Positions 20,160-29,774 are shown, counted from the first letter of the whole stretch. The stretch: DNA of 61,336 nt, filler included, from an uncultured Methanosarcinales archaeon (GCA_964485195.1; 5 parts of 5 records of this genome joined end to end with filler, not necessarily neighbours in it); one strand, 5' to 3'. Made by a program: numbers and translations. Notes: generated by a model from the letters alone, not told the origin.

Positions 20160-20956
20160 ACTCCGCTACCTGCAAATTTTTTGTAAGCCACCTTCCACAA
20201 ATATTTTGTTATTAAATAAAGCGCAACAACCCATACCGCAGCCCCCAACATCAGCAACAGCGATTCTGGGAGGGAATGGTTGCCAAGATAAACTGTCACA
20301 GGAACATATCTTATGTACTGGAAGGGCAAAAAATTAGACAAACTGATCACCCATTCCGGAAAAAAAGTCAAGGGTATGAAGCTTCCCGCAAGGAAGGACA
20401 CTATGACTCTTCGCACCCTCCTGATTCCGCCAATTTCCTTGAACCAGAAGGAGGTAAGCCCCACCAGGTAGCCCAGCATGAAGTTTATCAAAATGGCAAG
20501 TATTACCAGTATGACAAACAAGGTTCCGTTTATCAGGGAAGGGCCCCCGAGCCCGAAGAAAAATATTGCTATGAATGAGACAGGGATTATCTCAATAAGT
20601 ATTGAAACAAGGCTCACCCCCATGTGGTCTGCAAAAATCTCCCAAAAATAGGTGAGGGGCCTCAAAAGCTGCGGCGTCAGGGTGCCGTGTACTATGCGCT
20701 CTTCCAAGTCCTCATCAACATAAGTGAATATCAGGAAGCCCACTATCATGTTCAGGGCGTAATAACTAATCATCGTCTCAAAGGTGAATCCCCGTATGAC
20801 TTCCTGTCCCGTGAATTCAAAGATTGACTTCCACAGAAAATAAAAAACCACAAGGGCTATGGGGGTGGTGAATATGTTTACAATGAAGTGAAACCTGTAA
20901 ACCAACGCTGACTTTGCCCCCATCCACGCGCAGGAAAGGTAATGGTCAAGGCTCAT
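20156..20956 (-). CDS. ABC-2 family permease (DUF990-like)
   Basis: YR, G.L...LLRP, G...PL.FFP.W, LPF.Y..Y.P. Confidence 0.9.
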   Translation of the reverse strand: MSLDHYLSCAWMGAKSALVYRFHFIVNIFTTPIALVVFYFLWKSIFEFTGQEVIRGFTFETMISYYALNMIVGFLIFTYVDEDLEERIVHGTLTPQLLRPLTYFWEIFADHMGVSLVSILIEIIPVSFIAIFFFGLGGPSLINGTLFVILVILAILINFMLGYLVGLTSFWFKEIGGIRRVRRVIVSFLAGSFIPLTFFPEWVISLSNFLPFQYIRYVPVTVYLGNHSLPESLLLMLGAAVWVVALYLITKYLWKVAYKKFAGSGV

Positions 20957-21939
20957 TGTTTCTCCCTGTAAATCCGCTGGATTATCTCCTCAATTGGCGG
21001 GTCGCTGATTGTTATGTCCGCAATCTCAAAATTTGAAATAAGGTAATTGACAATGTTCTTGATTGACTGCCTTTTCAGGTCTGCCTCCAGCAACAGTGAA
21101 TATTCCTTGCTCCTGATTACCTTGCACCCTTCAAGCTTCATAGCCTTTTTTGCCTTTTCCTCCAGCTTCACATCAAATATTTTCTTGTTTATGTAATACC
21201 TCTTTATCTTGTCCAGAAGCCCGTCATAAACAATCCTGCCGTGGTTTATTATTATGACTCTCTTGCACAGCTTTTCTATGTCACCCATGTCGTGCGTTGT
21301 GACTATGAACGTGGTTCCGTTCTTCCTGTTGACGTCCTTCACAAAATCCCTCAGCCTGTCCTTGGCAACAACGTCCAGCCCAATGGTGGGCTCGTCCAGG
21401 AAAACAATCTTGGGATTGTGCAATAACGCAGCGACTATCTGGCACTTCATCCTTTCTCCCAATGAAAGGTCGCGCACAGGCACCTTGACAATCTCCTGCA
21501 TGTCCAGCAGTTCAATCATATAGTCCATCCTCTGCCTGAACTCCTCTTCAGGAATGTCATATATTGACCTGTGAAGCCAGAACGTGTCAATGGCAGGCAG
21601 GTCCCAGTAAAGCTGGTGCTTGTGCCCGAAAACAACCCCTATGTGCTTCACATAAGTTTCCCTCTCCTTCCAGGGAATGAAATTCATAACCTTCACTTTT
21701 CCTGATGTGGGGTAAAGCACCCCGGACATTGCCTTTATGGCAGTGCTTTTTCCCGCGCCGTTGGGGCCGATAAAACCCACTATTTCCCCTTTCTTTATAT
21801 CAAAGGAAATTCCCTTCAGCGCGTGCTTAATCTCATAGTCCCTCTTGAAGATGGATTTTACTGCATTGATGAAGCCTTCCCCTCTCCTGTGGGTCTTGTA
21901 GGTCTTTTTCAGGTTTTTAATCTCAATTATTGAAGCCAT
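20953..21939 (-). CDS. ABC transporter ATP-binding protein
   Basis: GPNGAGKST, LSLGERM, FLDEPTIGLD, TTHDM. Confidence 0.95.
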   Translation of the reverse strand: MASIIEIKNLKKTYKTHRRGEGFINAVKSIFKRDYEIKHALKGISFDIKKGEIVGFIGPNGAGKSTAIKAMSGVLYPTSGKVKVMNFIPWKERETYVKHIGVVFGHKHQLYWDLPAIDTFWLHRSIYDIPEEEFRQRMDYMIELLDMQEIVKVPVRDLSLGERMKCQIVAALLHNPKIVFLDEPTIGLDVVAKDRLRDFVKDVNRKNGTTFIVTTHDMGDIEKLCKRVIIINHGRIVYDGLLDKIKRYYINKKIFDVKLEEKAKKAMKLEGCKVIRSKEYSLLLEADLKRQSIKNIVNYLISNFEIADITISDPPIEEIIQRIYREKQ

Positions 21940-22069
21940 TTTCAGCCCGGTATATCTAAAAAGAATGTTAAGGCGCCAGGTTTTTTCCCGTTTTAGTTAT
22001 ACTATTTAAGCTTTTCTTTATTTACTTAAAAGTGCTAAACTAAACCAAATATTTATAAGCGCAAAATTT

Positions 22070-22825
22070 ATGGAAAAACCAGTGAAACTTTCAGGAGCGA
22101 GAGCGCTGAGGAAAGAGTATTCTGTTTCCAAAATGGAGCGGGAAATGGAGGAAGCCCTGTTTAATCAGGATATTGAATTCAGGGATCCTGAGCCTGTGAG
22201 GACAGGAATCATTCACGAGCCCGGAACTGCAGAGGAAATAGTTGCATATTACAAGAAACAGCAGCCTCCCCTGTTCGCCTGCAACCATCTCATCACAAGG
22301 CCGAAGCTGGTTTTCGAAGACCCCTTCTACATTGTCCAGGAAATATCGCTAACCATTTCACCATTCTGGGACGAGCTGGGAAATTACCCCTTCCCGCACA
22401 ACAACAGGCTGAAGCAGACAATGCCCGAGCAGTGCTATACAGAGATAAAAGAAATGGGCCAGTATCCTGATGGGGATCTGACAAGCGCATACCTTGTTTT
22501 CCTTGAAAAAGTTGGTGTTATGGCAAAGACAAAGGGAAGGCCCCTGCTTGACCTGCAGGGAGAGGAGTTCAACTGGCACATTAACCTGCTTGTCTCGCAG
22601 GTTAACGGAACAGCTGACGGGATTTACGAAGTGATGAGAAGGTTAAAAATAACATATTCCCCCTGGATAGCAGGAGGGGAATGCGCCTTCAGCCAGTATG
22701 AAAGGCAGCAGTCAGAGCGCAACCTGGGAAAGGTTCCCAGGACAAAGGCAGAGAGGAACTGGTGGTCCTCATCAGTAACAGACAAAAAGCTGGAGAGGAT
22801 TCTCGCTGGAAAGGATTTGGAATAA
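22070..22825 (+). CDS. Hypothetical protein
   Basis: 251-aa ORF with upstream TTTATAAG TATA-like box; no motif recognised. Confidence 0.7.
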   Translation: MEKPVKLSGARALRKEYSVSKMEREMEEALFNQDIEFRDPEPVRTGIIHEPGTAEEIVAYYKKQQPPLFACNHLITRPKLVFEDPFYIVQEISLTISPFWDELGNYPFPHNNRLKQTMPEQCYTEIKEMGQYPDGDLTSAYLVFLEKVGVMAKTKGRPLLDLQGEEFNWHINLLVSQVNGTADGIYEVMRRLKITYSPWIAGGECAFSQYERQQSERNLGKVPRTKAERNWWSSSVTDKKLERILAGKDLE

Positions 22826-22857
22826 ATTTATAAACAAAAAACCAAGAATCCAGATTA

Positions 22858-23472
22858 ATGATAGAAAAAGTCGTAGAATGGGTAAACTCACTTATCCTCG
22901 CAATCGGCTATCCCGGAATTTTCATACTGATGTTTCTTGAGTCAACAATGGTCCCGATACCATCAGAGATAGTGCTGCCCTTTGCCGGCTATCTCGCAGC
23001 ACAGGGAGAGTTCAGCTTTATCTTTGTTGTGGTGGTGTCGGGGTTTGCAGGGCTTTGCGGAAGCCTGGCATCTTACGCCCTCGGATATTACGGAGGGATT
23101 CCCCTGATAAAGAGATGGGGGCATTACGCCTTATTGGATGAGTGCAGGCTAAAATGGACGCAGAAATGGTTCAGGAAAAAAGGCGAAATAACAATCTTCG
23201 TGAGCAGGTTCATACCAGTGGTGCGCCACCTCATATCAATGCCTGCGGGCGTGGGCAGGATGAACCTTTTCAAGTTCAGCGTTTACACATTTGCCGGCGC
23301 GACAATATGGAGCGCCATACTCGCATACCTGGGGTATTTCTTCGGGGAAAACTACATGATAATACACGAATACTCCAAAGTGTTTGACTACATCATACTC
23401 GCCCTGATAGTGGCAGGAGTTGCATACTACATCTGGCACTTTTACCACGTTGCCCGGGAAAAAAAGAGATAA
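22858..23472 (+). CDS. dedA: DedA family membrane protein
   Basis: GY.GIF.LM.LES...PIPSE.V...AG, F..RFIP.VR...S.PAG. Confidence 0.95.
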   Translation: MIEKVVEWVNSLILAIGYPGIFILMFLESTMVPIPSEIVLPFAGYLAAQGEFSFIFVVVVSGFAGLCGSLASYALGYYGGIPLIKRWGHYALLDECRLKWTQKWFRKKGEITIFVSRFIPVVRHLISMPAGVGRMNLFKFSVYTFAGATIWSAILAYLGYFFGENYMIIHEYSKVFDYIILALIVAGVAYYIWHFYHVAREKKR

Positions 23473-23473
23473 C

Positions 23474-23503
23474 ACGCCAGTGGTCTAAAGGCAGGACACG
23501 ACC
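23474..23503 (+). tRNA. 5' half of a tRNA (Gly-like), cut by the contig end before the anticodon
   Basis: ACGCCAG-TG-GTCT-AAAGGCA-GGAC-A-CGACC: 7-nt acceptor strand, U8, D-stem with GG loop, 5' anticodon stem; identity not provable. Confidence 0.7.
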
Positions 23504-23603
23504 NNNNNNNNNNNNNNNNNNNNNNNNNNNNNNNNNNNNNNNNNNNNTTAATTAATTAANNNNNNNNNNNNNNNNNNNNNNNNNNNNNNNNNNNNNNNNN
23601 NNN
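23504..23603. other. Artificial contig linker
   Basis: N run + TTAATTAATTAA (stops in all frames) + N run, 100 nt. Confidence 0.98.
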
Positions 23604-23764
23604 GGGTTTCTGTGAAATACCTTGGCAAGGGCCAGTACCTGATAAGCGTGAAAGATGAGGATTACAAGTCAGCTGAAAAAACCCTCAGGCCATTGGTTGA
23701 GAACGCGATTTCATACGTTGAAAAGCACGACGGAATGGCAAGCTTTGAGAGAAAGGAAGAATGA
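23604..23764 (+). CDS. eif2a: Translation initiation factor aIF2 alpha, C-terminal fragment
   Basis: Manual translation VSVKYLGKGQYLISVKDEDYKSAEKTL...YVEKHDGMASFERKEE; conserved position upstream of nop10. Confidence 0.85.
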
Positions 23765-23829
23765 TCAGCGCTACTTAGTGGTCCAAGGCAAGAACATAAG
23801 ATTTGAAATAGCTGATTTAAAGAAAAAAA

Positions 23830-24003
23830 ATGAAGCACATAATGAAATGCGCCGAATGCAGTTCTTACACTATGAAGGAAGAGCACTGCAGCCAGAAGAC
23901 AATACCTGCAAGGCCGGCAAAATACTCCCCTGCGGACAAGTGGGCTGAGTGGAGAAGAAAGGCCAAGAAGGAAAAAGCTAAATTGATTTTAACAATCTCC
24001 TAA
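23830..24003 (+). CDS. nop10: H/ACA RNP protein Nop10
   Basis: Manual translation MKHIMKCAECSSYTMKEEHCSQKTIPARPAKYSPADKWAEWRRKAK; C..C..YT.K and P.KYSP.D motifs. Confidence 0.92.
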   Translation: MKHIMKCAECSSYTMKEEHCSQKTIPARPAKYSPADKWAEWRRKAKKEKAKLILTIS

Positions 24004-24143
24004 ATTCATTGACAGTTAAGCCTAATGGCGTCTTTAACATTCTGACAGAATCTTCCTTGTTTTTCCCTGGGAAACACAACCAGGCAAAGAGGAACACCCT
24101 GCTACAGATTCCCCTCCTTCATCTTGTTCAATGGTGATTCCAT
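23978..24143 (-). pseudogene. Decayed hicB-hicA toxin-antitoxin remnant
   Basis: Across frameshifts: TIEQDEGGESVAGCSSLPGCVSQGKT...NVKDAI (HicB-like), then GLTVNEFRRLL (HicA C-terminus-like). Confidence 0.7.
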
Positions 24144-24182
24144 AAAATTCTCTTTTATGAAGATTTAACTAATCCTTATCGC

Positions 24183-24197
24183 GAAACCTTTTTAAAC
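24183..24197 (+). promoter_or_regulatory. BRE/TATA-like promoter of enolase
   Basis: GAAACCTTTTTAAAC ending about 22 nt before the ATG; no SD, so probably leaderless. Confidence 0.55.
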
Positions 24198-24218
24198 ATC
24201 AAATCAACAAAAACATCT

Positions 24219-25472
24219 ATGCTGATACTTCAGGTAAAGGGGCGGGAGATTCTTGATTCAAGGGCAAATCCTACTGTTGAGGCTGAAATAAAAACTGACA
24301 AGGGTGTTTTCAGGGCTGCTGTTCCTTCAGGAGCGTCAACAGGAGTGCACGAGGCCCTGGAATTGAGGGACGGCGGGAAGAGGTTTCTCGGCAAGGGGGT
24401 TTCAAAGGCAGTTAAGAACATTAATGAGGCAATCGCTAAAAGAGTAACGAAAAAGATATTCACAGAGCAGAAGGATTTGGATGATGCTTTGATAAAGCTC
24501 GACGGCACTGCCAGCAAGAAAAAACTCGGCGCCAATGCAATGCTTGCTGTTTCAATGGCCTGCTGCAGGGCATTTGCTGCGGAAAACAACAACAAATTAT
24601 ATGAGTACATTGCGACCATCTCTGACAACAAGGAATTAAGAATGCCCGTGCCTGCCTTCAACATCATCAACGGGGGAAAGCACGCAGAAAACAACATAGA
24701 CATACAGGAGTTCATGATACTTCCTGCCAAGGCAAAGAGCTTCAGGGAAGCTGTAAGGATGGGTGCAGAAACATATCACTATCTCAAGCAGGAAATAGCG
24801 AAAACCCACGGCAAGGACCAGACCAATGTGGGTGATGAAGGAGGATTCGCGCCAAGACTGGAAGGGACTGATGAGGCAATACAACTGATACTTGCTGCCA
24901 TAAAGGACGCAGGTTACAAGAACAAGATATTCCTGGGGATGGACTGTGCAGCCTCGGAGTTTTACAAGGGAAGCAAGTACTATCTTGAGGGAATGGAATA
25001 CAATGCAGAGGAGCTTAGCGAGAGATATTATGAACTGGTCCAGAAATATCCGATAGTGTCAATAGAGGACCCCTTTGCCCAGGACGACTGGCAGAGCTGG
25101 CCAAAACTGATGGAAAAACTGAAAGGCGTGCAGGTTGTGGGGGATGATTTGACAGTCACCAACATCAAGAGGGTTCAGAAGGCGATGGTCCTGAACGCCT
25201 GCAATGCGCTTTTGCTCAAGGTCAACCAGATAGGAACTGTTTCCGAGGCGATAGAGGCTGCCCAGCTGGCAAGGAAAAACAAGTGGAATGTGATTGTTTC
25301 GCACCGTTCAGGAGAGACTGAGGACACTTTCATAGCTGACCTTGCTGTGGGGCTTGGCGCAGGCCAGGTAAAGTCAGGAGCGCCCTGCAGGGGCGAGAGA
25401 ACAGCCAAATACAACCAGTTATTGAGGATAGAGGAGGAGTTGGGGAAGAAAGCCAGGTTCGCAAGAAGGTAA
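24219..25472 (+). CDS. eno: Enolase
   Basis: [54 protein letters not shown]. Confidence 0.98.
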   Translation: MLILQVKGREILDSRANPTVEAEIKTDKGVFRAAVPSGASTGVHEALELRDGGKRFLGKGVSKAVKNINEAIAKRVTKKIFTEQKDLDDALIKLDGTASKKKLGANAMLAVSMACCRAFAAENNNKLYEYIATISDNKELRMPVPAFNIINGGKHAENNIDIQEFMILPAKAKSFREAVRMGAETYHYLKQEIAKTHGKDQTNVGDEGGFAPRLEGTDEAIQLILAAIKDAGYKNKIFLGMDCAASEFYKGSKYYLEGMEYNAEELSERYYELVQKYPIVSIEDPFAQDDWQSWPKLMEKLKGVQVVGDDLTVTNIKRVQKAMVLNACNALLLKVNQIGTVSEAIEAAQLARKNKWNVIVSHRSGETEDTFIADLAVGLGAGQVKSGAPCRGERTAKYNQLLRIEEELGKKARFARR

Positions 25473-25490
25473 CGAAAAATTTACATACTT

Positions 25491-25506
25491 GTCCTGATTA
25501 TTGGAC
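25491..25506. promoter_or_regulatory. Possible operator of the HTH-nucleotidyltransferase antitoxin
   Basis: GTCC-N8-GGAC inverted repeat just upstream of ATG 25520. Confidence 0.4.
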
Positions 25507-25519
25507 TTAAGTACATAAA

Positions 25520-25865
25520 ATGGGACAAGAATCCGCGAACCTGGACAAGATTTTAGAAGTGTTCTATGAACAGCCTGAGAAAACCTTCACTGTCAGAGAA
25601 CTTTCAACAAGGACAGGAATGCCTAAATCAACAGTTCACAAATACCTTCAACAGCTAAAAGAGGAGAAGCTCATAACAGGTAACAAGGCATCAGACACGC
25701 TTTTATTCAAAACCAAAAAACACATTTTTACATTGAAAAGATGATAAAAACAGGGCTTGTTGCTTATATAACAAAAGAATTAACTGACATTAATAAACTC
25801 CCCAAGAAGCTGAAAAACAACATTGTAAACGGAATGAAATTATGGGGTTATCTGGAAGTAGGATG
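25520..25865 (+). pseudogene. wHTH-minimal nucleotidyltransferase (MNT) antitoxin pseudogene
   Basis: HTH N-terminus (F.VRELS..TGMPKSTVHKYL..L); frameshift into FYIEKMIKTGLVAYI; NTase core absent; later LKNNIVNGMKLWGYL tail. Confidence 0.65.
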
Positions 25866-26281
25866 AATTTGATAAGATGGGGGAGTGTGAAGAAAGATTC
25901 ATAAGAAAAATAACTCCTGACAAAGACAAGATTGAATCTATTGCCGGAACCGCAATTAATAGGAGAAAAATTCATCCAATCACGGACAATCACTCCTGAA
26001 AATGTGTCGTTCATCATTGAGGGGTTTTATGAAATAATTAAAGGTTGCTGGTCGCGTTCTTATTAAAGAACGGCCTTAAATCAAGCAATCACCAATGTCT
26101 GATTTCATATTTTTACAAAAGATTTCCTGACCGCGAACTTGAGGCAAGCCTTATTTCCCAGATGAGTTGCTTAAGGAATAAGCTGAACTATTATGGGGAA
26201 ATGATAGACATATCGTTCTACAAGAAGAACAAAGAGGATATTCATAATCTTATAGATTTCTTGTTTGAGATTCTCAAATAA
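25863..26281 (+). pseudogene. HEPN toxin pseudogene
   Basis: Fragments FIRKITPDKDKIESI / SFIIEGFYEIIK / LL.A.LLKNGLKSSNHQCLI..RNKLNYYG in different frames. Confidence 0.7.
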
Positions 26282-26410
26282 ACAATGAGCGAGCATCACT
26301 TACAGCTGAACCGGGTTATTTAGCCCTGAAATGTTGCTTGACGACCGCGCCAGGCGGCGCACCAGTCCTGGATAGAAAACTATTTAAATAATTGTCTTAA
26401 AATTCTTGTT

Positions 26411-26695
26411 ATGGAATACGAAGCCAAGGCTGTGATAATAGGAAGGAAGAAGGACGCCGGCCAGTACGGCGCTTTTGTGGCGCTTTTTGACATGAACGAG
26501 CCGCACAAGAGCGGGAAGGCCCCCAAGAAGGTGCTTGACTTTCTGGGGTGCAGGAATGTTAAGATATCAGGGCTTGACTTCAAGTTTATGATAGGCGGGG
26601 CAGACATAATCATCAACAATATCGAAAAGCTTGAGATAGACGAGAAAGACCAGAGAGTAACAATCAAAGGCAAGCAGAACAAGAATGCTTCTTAA
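26411..26695 (+). CDS. Small hypothetical beta-rich protein
   Basis: TATTTAAATA upstream; overlaps the helicase start. Confidence 0.7.
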   Translation: MEYEAKAVIIGRKKDAGQYGAFVALFDMNEPHKSGKAPKKVLDFLGCRNVKISGLDFKFMIGGADIIINNIEKLEIDEKDQRVTIKGKQNKNAS

Positions 26696-27350
26696 AGACA
26701 TAAAGAAAAAGATTCATCCTGAAGTTTATTCTGTGCTTGGCAATCTTGGAATAAATGATTTGAGGCCTGCGCAGGAAAAGGCGATAAATGAGGGGTTGCT
26801 GGATTACAACAATCTTCTTGTGTGCACTCCCACTGCAAGCGGAAAGACCCTTGTTGCAGAGCTGGCCTTGATGAACAGCATCCTCAACAACGTGGGCAAG
26901 GCGATTTATATTGTTCCGCTGAAAGCACTTGCCACGGAAAAATTCAGGGAATTCAAGAAGAGATATGGTCATCTTGCCAGCATTACAGTTTCCATAGGGG
27001 ACAGGGACAGTGCAGACCCTTACCTCAGCAGGTATGATTTGATAATAACCACCTCGGAAAAGCTTGACTCCCTGATAAGGCACAAGGCGCCCTGGCTCAG
27101 GGACGTGAAAACAGTTGTTATTGATGAAATACACCTTATTGATGATGCGAGCAGGGGGCCGACATTGGAGATATTGATAACGCTTCTGAGAAAACTGCTG
27201 GGCAACATCCAGATAATCGGGTTGAGCGCAACGATAGGGAATCCGAAAGAACTGGCAAGATGGCTGGATGCAAAATTAATAGAGGACTTCTGGAGGCCCG
27301 TGGAATTGCACAAGGGAATTTATTACGAGGGGGAGATTGAGTTTTATTAG
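26685..27350 (+). CDS. Stand-alone N-terminal RecA domain of a Ski2/Hel308-like SF2 helicase
   Basis: Q motif LRPAQ, PTASGKT, PLKALA.EK, DEIH, LSATIGN, RPV.L, then stop. Confidence 0.9.
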   Translation: MLLKDIKKKIHPEVYSVLGNLGINDLRPAQEKAINEGLLDYNNLLVCTPTASGKTLVAELALMNSILNNVGKAIYIVPLKALATEKFREFKKRYGHLASITVSIGDRDSADPYLSRYDLIITTSEKLDSLIRHKAPWLRDVKTVVIDEIHLIDDASRGPTLEILITLLRKLLGNIQIIGLSATIGNPKELARWLDAKLIEDFWRPVELHKGIYYEGEIEFY

Positions 27351-27370
27351 GTCTAAAAAATAAGAAAAAA

Positions 27371-28027
27371 TTATTGATACTGCTCAACCAAGGCGCTTAA
27401 ATCCTCTGGTTCTGAGGGCAGTTCAAACACGGAGTCAGAGACTGTTGTTGAATATTCCACAGCCTTTATTTCAGTTGCCTCACCAGCTACCGAGGTTCTT
27501 GCGTAGAGCATCACGTTTTCAGGGGAATAGCAGGTTTCCACATCTGTCAAGCTGCTGGGGTCAGAGAAACCAAAGCATTTGGCAGTCACGCCCGCAATAA
27601 CCCTTGAAGGCCTGGCGGAAACAATCTGCCCTTCCAGGTTTGCGTTGAACTGGTCAGACATAGTCCTTGGCGGAGTGGCATTTCCGAGGTCAACGCACTG
27701 GCCCGGACTGCAGCTGTAAACTATCTGGTCCATAAAGTAAATGGAGCCAGTCTCCCCGCCCACTGCAAGATCATACCTGAGATTTTCTCCCTTGCGGTAT
27801 AATGTTTTTTCTGAAACATTTGTTATTCCTGTTATCTCATATCCAGCCATAAATGTTGAAGCCCTGTTGTCAATTATGTCCTGCAATTCCGCAGTTGCCT
27901 CCTGAGAAGGCTGCGATGCTTTCACTTCTGTTTCTTCCGCCCGCGACGTGCCTGCTTTTTCACCGCAGGCTGTCAACAGGAAAGCAGAAACAAAAATCAA
28001 AAACAAGAATTTGCTTATATTTTCCAT
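27371..28027 (-). CDS. Lipoprotein
   Basis: Lipobox LLTAC; IAG..A.CF, E.CY, V.DS.F.LP. Confidence 0.75.
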   Translation of the reverse strand: MENISKFLFLIFVSAFLLTACGEKAGTSRAEETEVKASQPSQEATAELQDIIDNRASTFMAGYEITGITNVSEKTLYRKGENLRYDLAVGGETGSIYFMDQIVYSCSPGQCVDLGNATPPRTMSDQFNANLEGQIVSARPSRVIAGVTAKCFGFSDPSSLTDVETCYSPENVMLYARTSVAGEATEIKAVEYSTTVSDSVFELPSEPEDLSALVEQYQ

Positions 28028-28386
28028 TTTTCAGCGTAGTGTCCCACAACCGGCAGTGGAGCGTACTTTCCTGAGGCTGAATTCACGATTCCTATTATGA
28101 TTCCTATTATGAAAAGCATGAAAAGCACAAGCAGGAAAATCCACCCGAGCGCTGTCACTATCCATCCGAGTATCGGCACCCATCCTATTGCAAATGAAAT
28201 TGCCAGGATTACTGCCGAAATTGCCAGGATTACTGCCCAGCAGATAAAAAGCATCAAGCCCTGTTTTGCGTGATAAAGCGCGAACTTGTTGTCCTTTTTT
28301 GCAAGCAAGGGTACCAGAAACAGGATCCAGAGATAGGCAATTATGCCCCAAATCATTCCCTCTTCAACTACTTTGTCTTTTGCCAT
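28015..28386 (-). CDS. DUF4870/Tic20-like membrane protein
   Basis: IAYL..LF.VPL...KD..FA.YHAKQGL, G...PLP.VG. Confidence 0.85.
   Translation of the reverse strand: MAKDKVVEEGMIWGIIAYLWILFLVPLLAKKDNKFALYHAKQGLMLFICWAVILAISAVILAISFAIGWVPILGWIVTALGWIFLLVLFMLFIIGIIIGIVNSASGKYAPLPVVGHYAEKWKI
28196..28237. repeat. Perfect 21-bp tandem duplication
   Basis: GAAATTGCCAGGATTACTGCC twice; encodes AVILAIS twice. Confidence 0.95.
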
Positions 28387-28457
28387 CTAACCACCTCCTG
28401 ACATCCTTTTTGTCTTTTTATTTTTAAATGTTTTGCAAGAAGATAGAGAGGTGGGCT

Positions 28458-28670
28458 TTATAATGCATAAGGAATTTTTATTTCTTCCCCTTCCCTTAAT
28501 TTTTCCTTGGCTTTTTCCAATGGAATTAGTTCCACCTTGTCTTCATAGGCCAGTATTGCCACCTTGGAGCCCTCCTTGAATCCTTCCATTTCCCTGATGT
28601 CCTTGGGTATTGCTATCTGCCCTTTTGATGTTATTGTCGCGCTTTTTACCTCAATTAGCCTGGCTTCCAT
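28458..28670 (-). CDS. AbrB/MazE/SpoVT family DNA-binding protein
   Basis: Restarted at 28670: ATITSKGQIAIPKDIRE..G..EG..V. Confidence 0.9.
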   Translation of the reverse strand: MEARLIEVKSATITSKGQIAIPKDIREMEGFKEGSKVAILAYEDKVELIPLEKAKEKLREGEEIKIPYAL

Positions 28671-28682
28671 CTTACAAGTAAG
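28671..28682. promoter_or_regulatory. Palindromic operator abutting the AbrB start codon
   Basis: CTTAC-AA-GTAAG. Confidence 0.5.
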
Positions 28683-28764
28683 AAATATAAGAAATAGTAT
28701 ATAATTGTTTTGGTTTTTCCATTTATTTTCCATATTGGAATCTAAACTCAATATGTCACTACGC

Positions 28765-28864
28765 NNNNNNNNNNNNNNNNNNNNNNNNNNNNNNNNNNNN
28801 NNNNNNNNTTAATTAATTAANNNNNNNNNNNNNNNNNNNNNNNNNNNNNNNNNNNNNNNNNNNN
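28765..28864. other. Artificial contig linker
   Basis: N run + TTAATTAATTAA + N run. Confidence 0.98.
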
Positions 28865-28938
28865 AAACAAACGCCGCCATTAGCACCACTACCTAACCTT
28901 ATATACTTCCTTTTTTCTCTTGGGAATGGTGGTTTTGA

Positions 28939-29082
28939 ATGGAATTGGCTGTTTTTGGTGCTGGAGGGCTCGCCCTGGGGTTCATAAGGCTGGGGCACAG
29001 ATACATAACAAACAAGACCCTGAAGGACGACCTTCTGGGCTGGATTCTCGTAATTGCGGGACTGTTAGCCCTGTTCCCCTGA
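28939..29082 (+). CDS. Possible small two-TM protein (47 aa)
   Basis: Manual translation MELAVFGAGGLALGFIRLGHRYITNKTLKDDLLGWILVIAGLLALFP. Confidence 0.35.
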   Translation: MELAVFGAGGLALGFIRLGHRYITNKTLKDDLLGWILVIAGLLALFP

Positions 29083-29085
29083 CAA

Positions 29086-29709
29086 TCAAGCAGCTTTCTT
29101 TATGTCAACTTCCCTTTCATACATGTAAGAATCCTCTGGCCTGATAAATCCTATCAATCTATTATCTGCCAAGAAAGAGATCGTTCCCCTACCTTTTAAT
29201 TCAGCAGTATCTCCTGCCAAAGATGACAAATAGGAAAAATTTTGGGGATCAACAAGCCAGATATTGTCAGTCCTATCATGATTTTTGTTTCTTAAAACCA
29301 CTTTATGGCTTATGTCCCTGTCTCTTTTGCCTAATTCACCTTCATAATCAAATTCACACATAAAATCTTCTCTAAACCCTTTTGCCACGAAGCCATTTCT
29401 CTCATGCGGATTCCGATATTCGTGCGAGGGTATTTTTTTTCCCACCATAAGCCTTCCATCTTCAATTCCAAAAGAAAGCGTTTTGCCCTTTAAATCTCTC
29501 AGGAGAAGCTTTTTCATATGTTCTCCTAAAAAATCAGTAAGAATCTCATCAAAATTCGGGTCATCAACAGCTGCAATGTCAGGCATGTGCCAGACAAGCT
29601 TTCCCAGAAAATAACGCATTTGAGGCCCGCTTGGAACTGTATCTTGACTCATCCATTTTTGCACCCTTACTTCCCTTTGAAGAATATCTATCAAATCTGC
29701 TTTTGCCAT
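29086..29709 (-). CDS. Hypothetical protein
   Basis: 207-aa ORF, protein-like composition, no motif recognised. Confidence 0.7.
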   Translation of the reverse strand: MAKADLIDILQREVRVQKWMSQDTVPSGPQMRYFLGKLVWHMPDIAAVDDPNFDEILTDFLGEHMKKLLLRDLKGKTLSFGIEDGRLMVGKKIPSHEYRNPHERNGFVAKGFREDFMCEFDYEGELGKRDRDISHKVVLRNKNHDRTDNIWLVDPQNFSYLSSLAGDTAELKGRGTISFLADNRLIGFIRPEDSYMYEREVDIKKAA

Positions 29710-29774
29710 AGGTAATCCGAAAAAAGCAAAATTTATTAACCTTTTGAAACCTTTAAAAACAAATCAGTCTTAAA

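Noticed and set aside
23655..23948. 97-aa ORF in the track
   Set aside because: Out-of-frame overlay of the aIF2alpha end and nop10.
26300..26375. GC-rich intergenic stretch as a possible ncRNA
   Set aside because: Only a short GCGCC/GGCGC hairpin; no recognisable RNA family structure.
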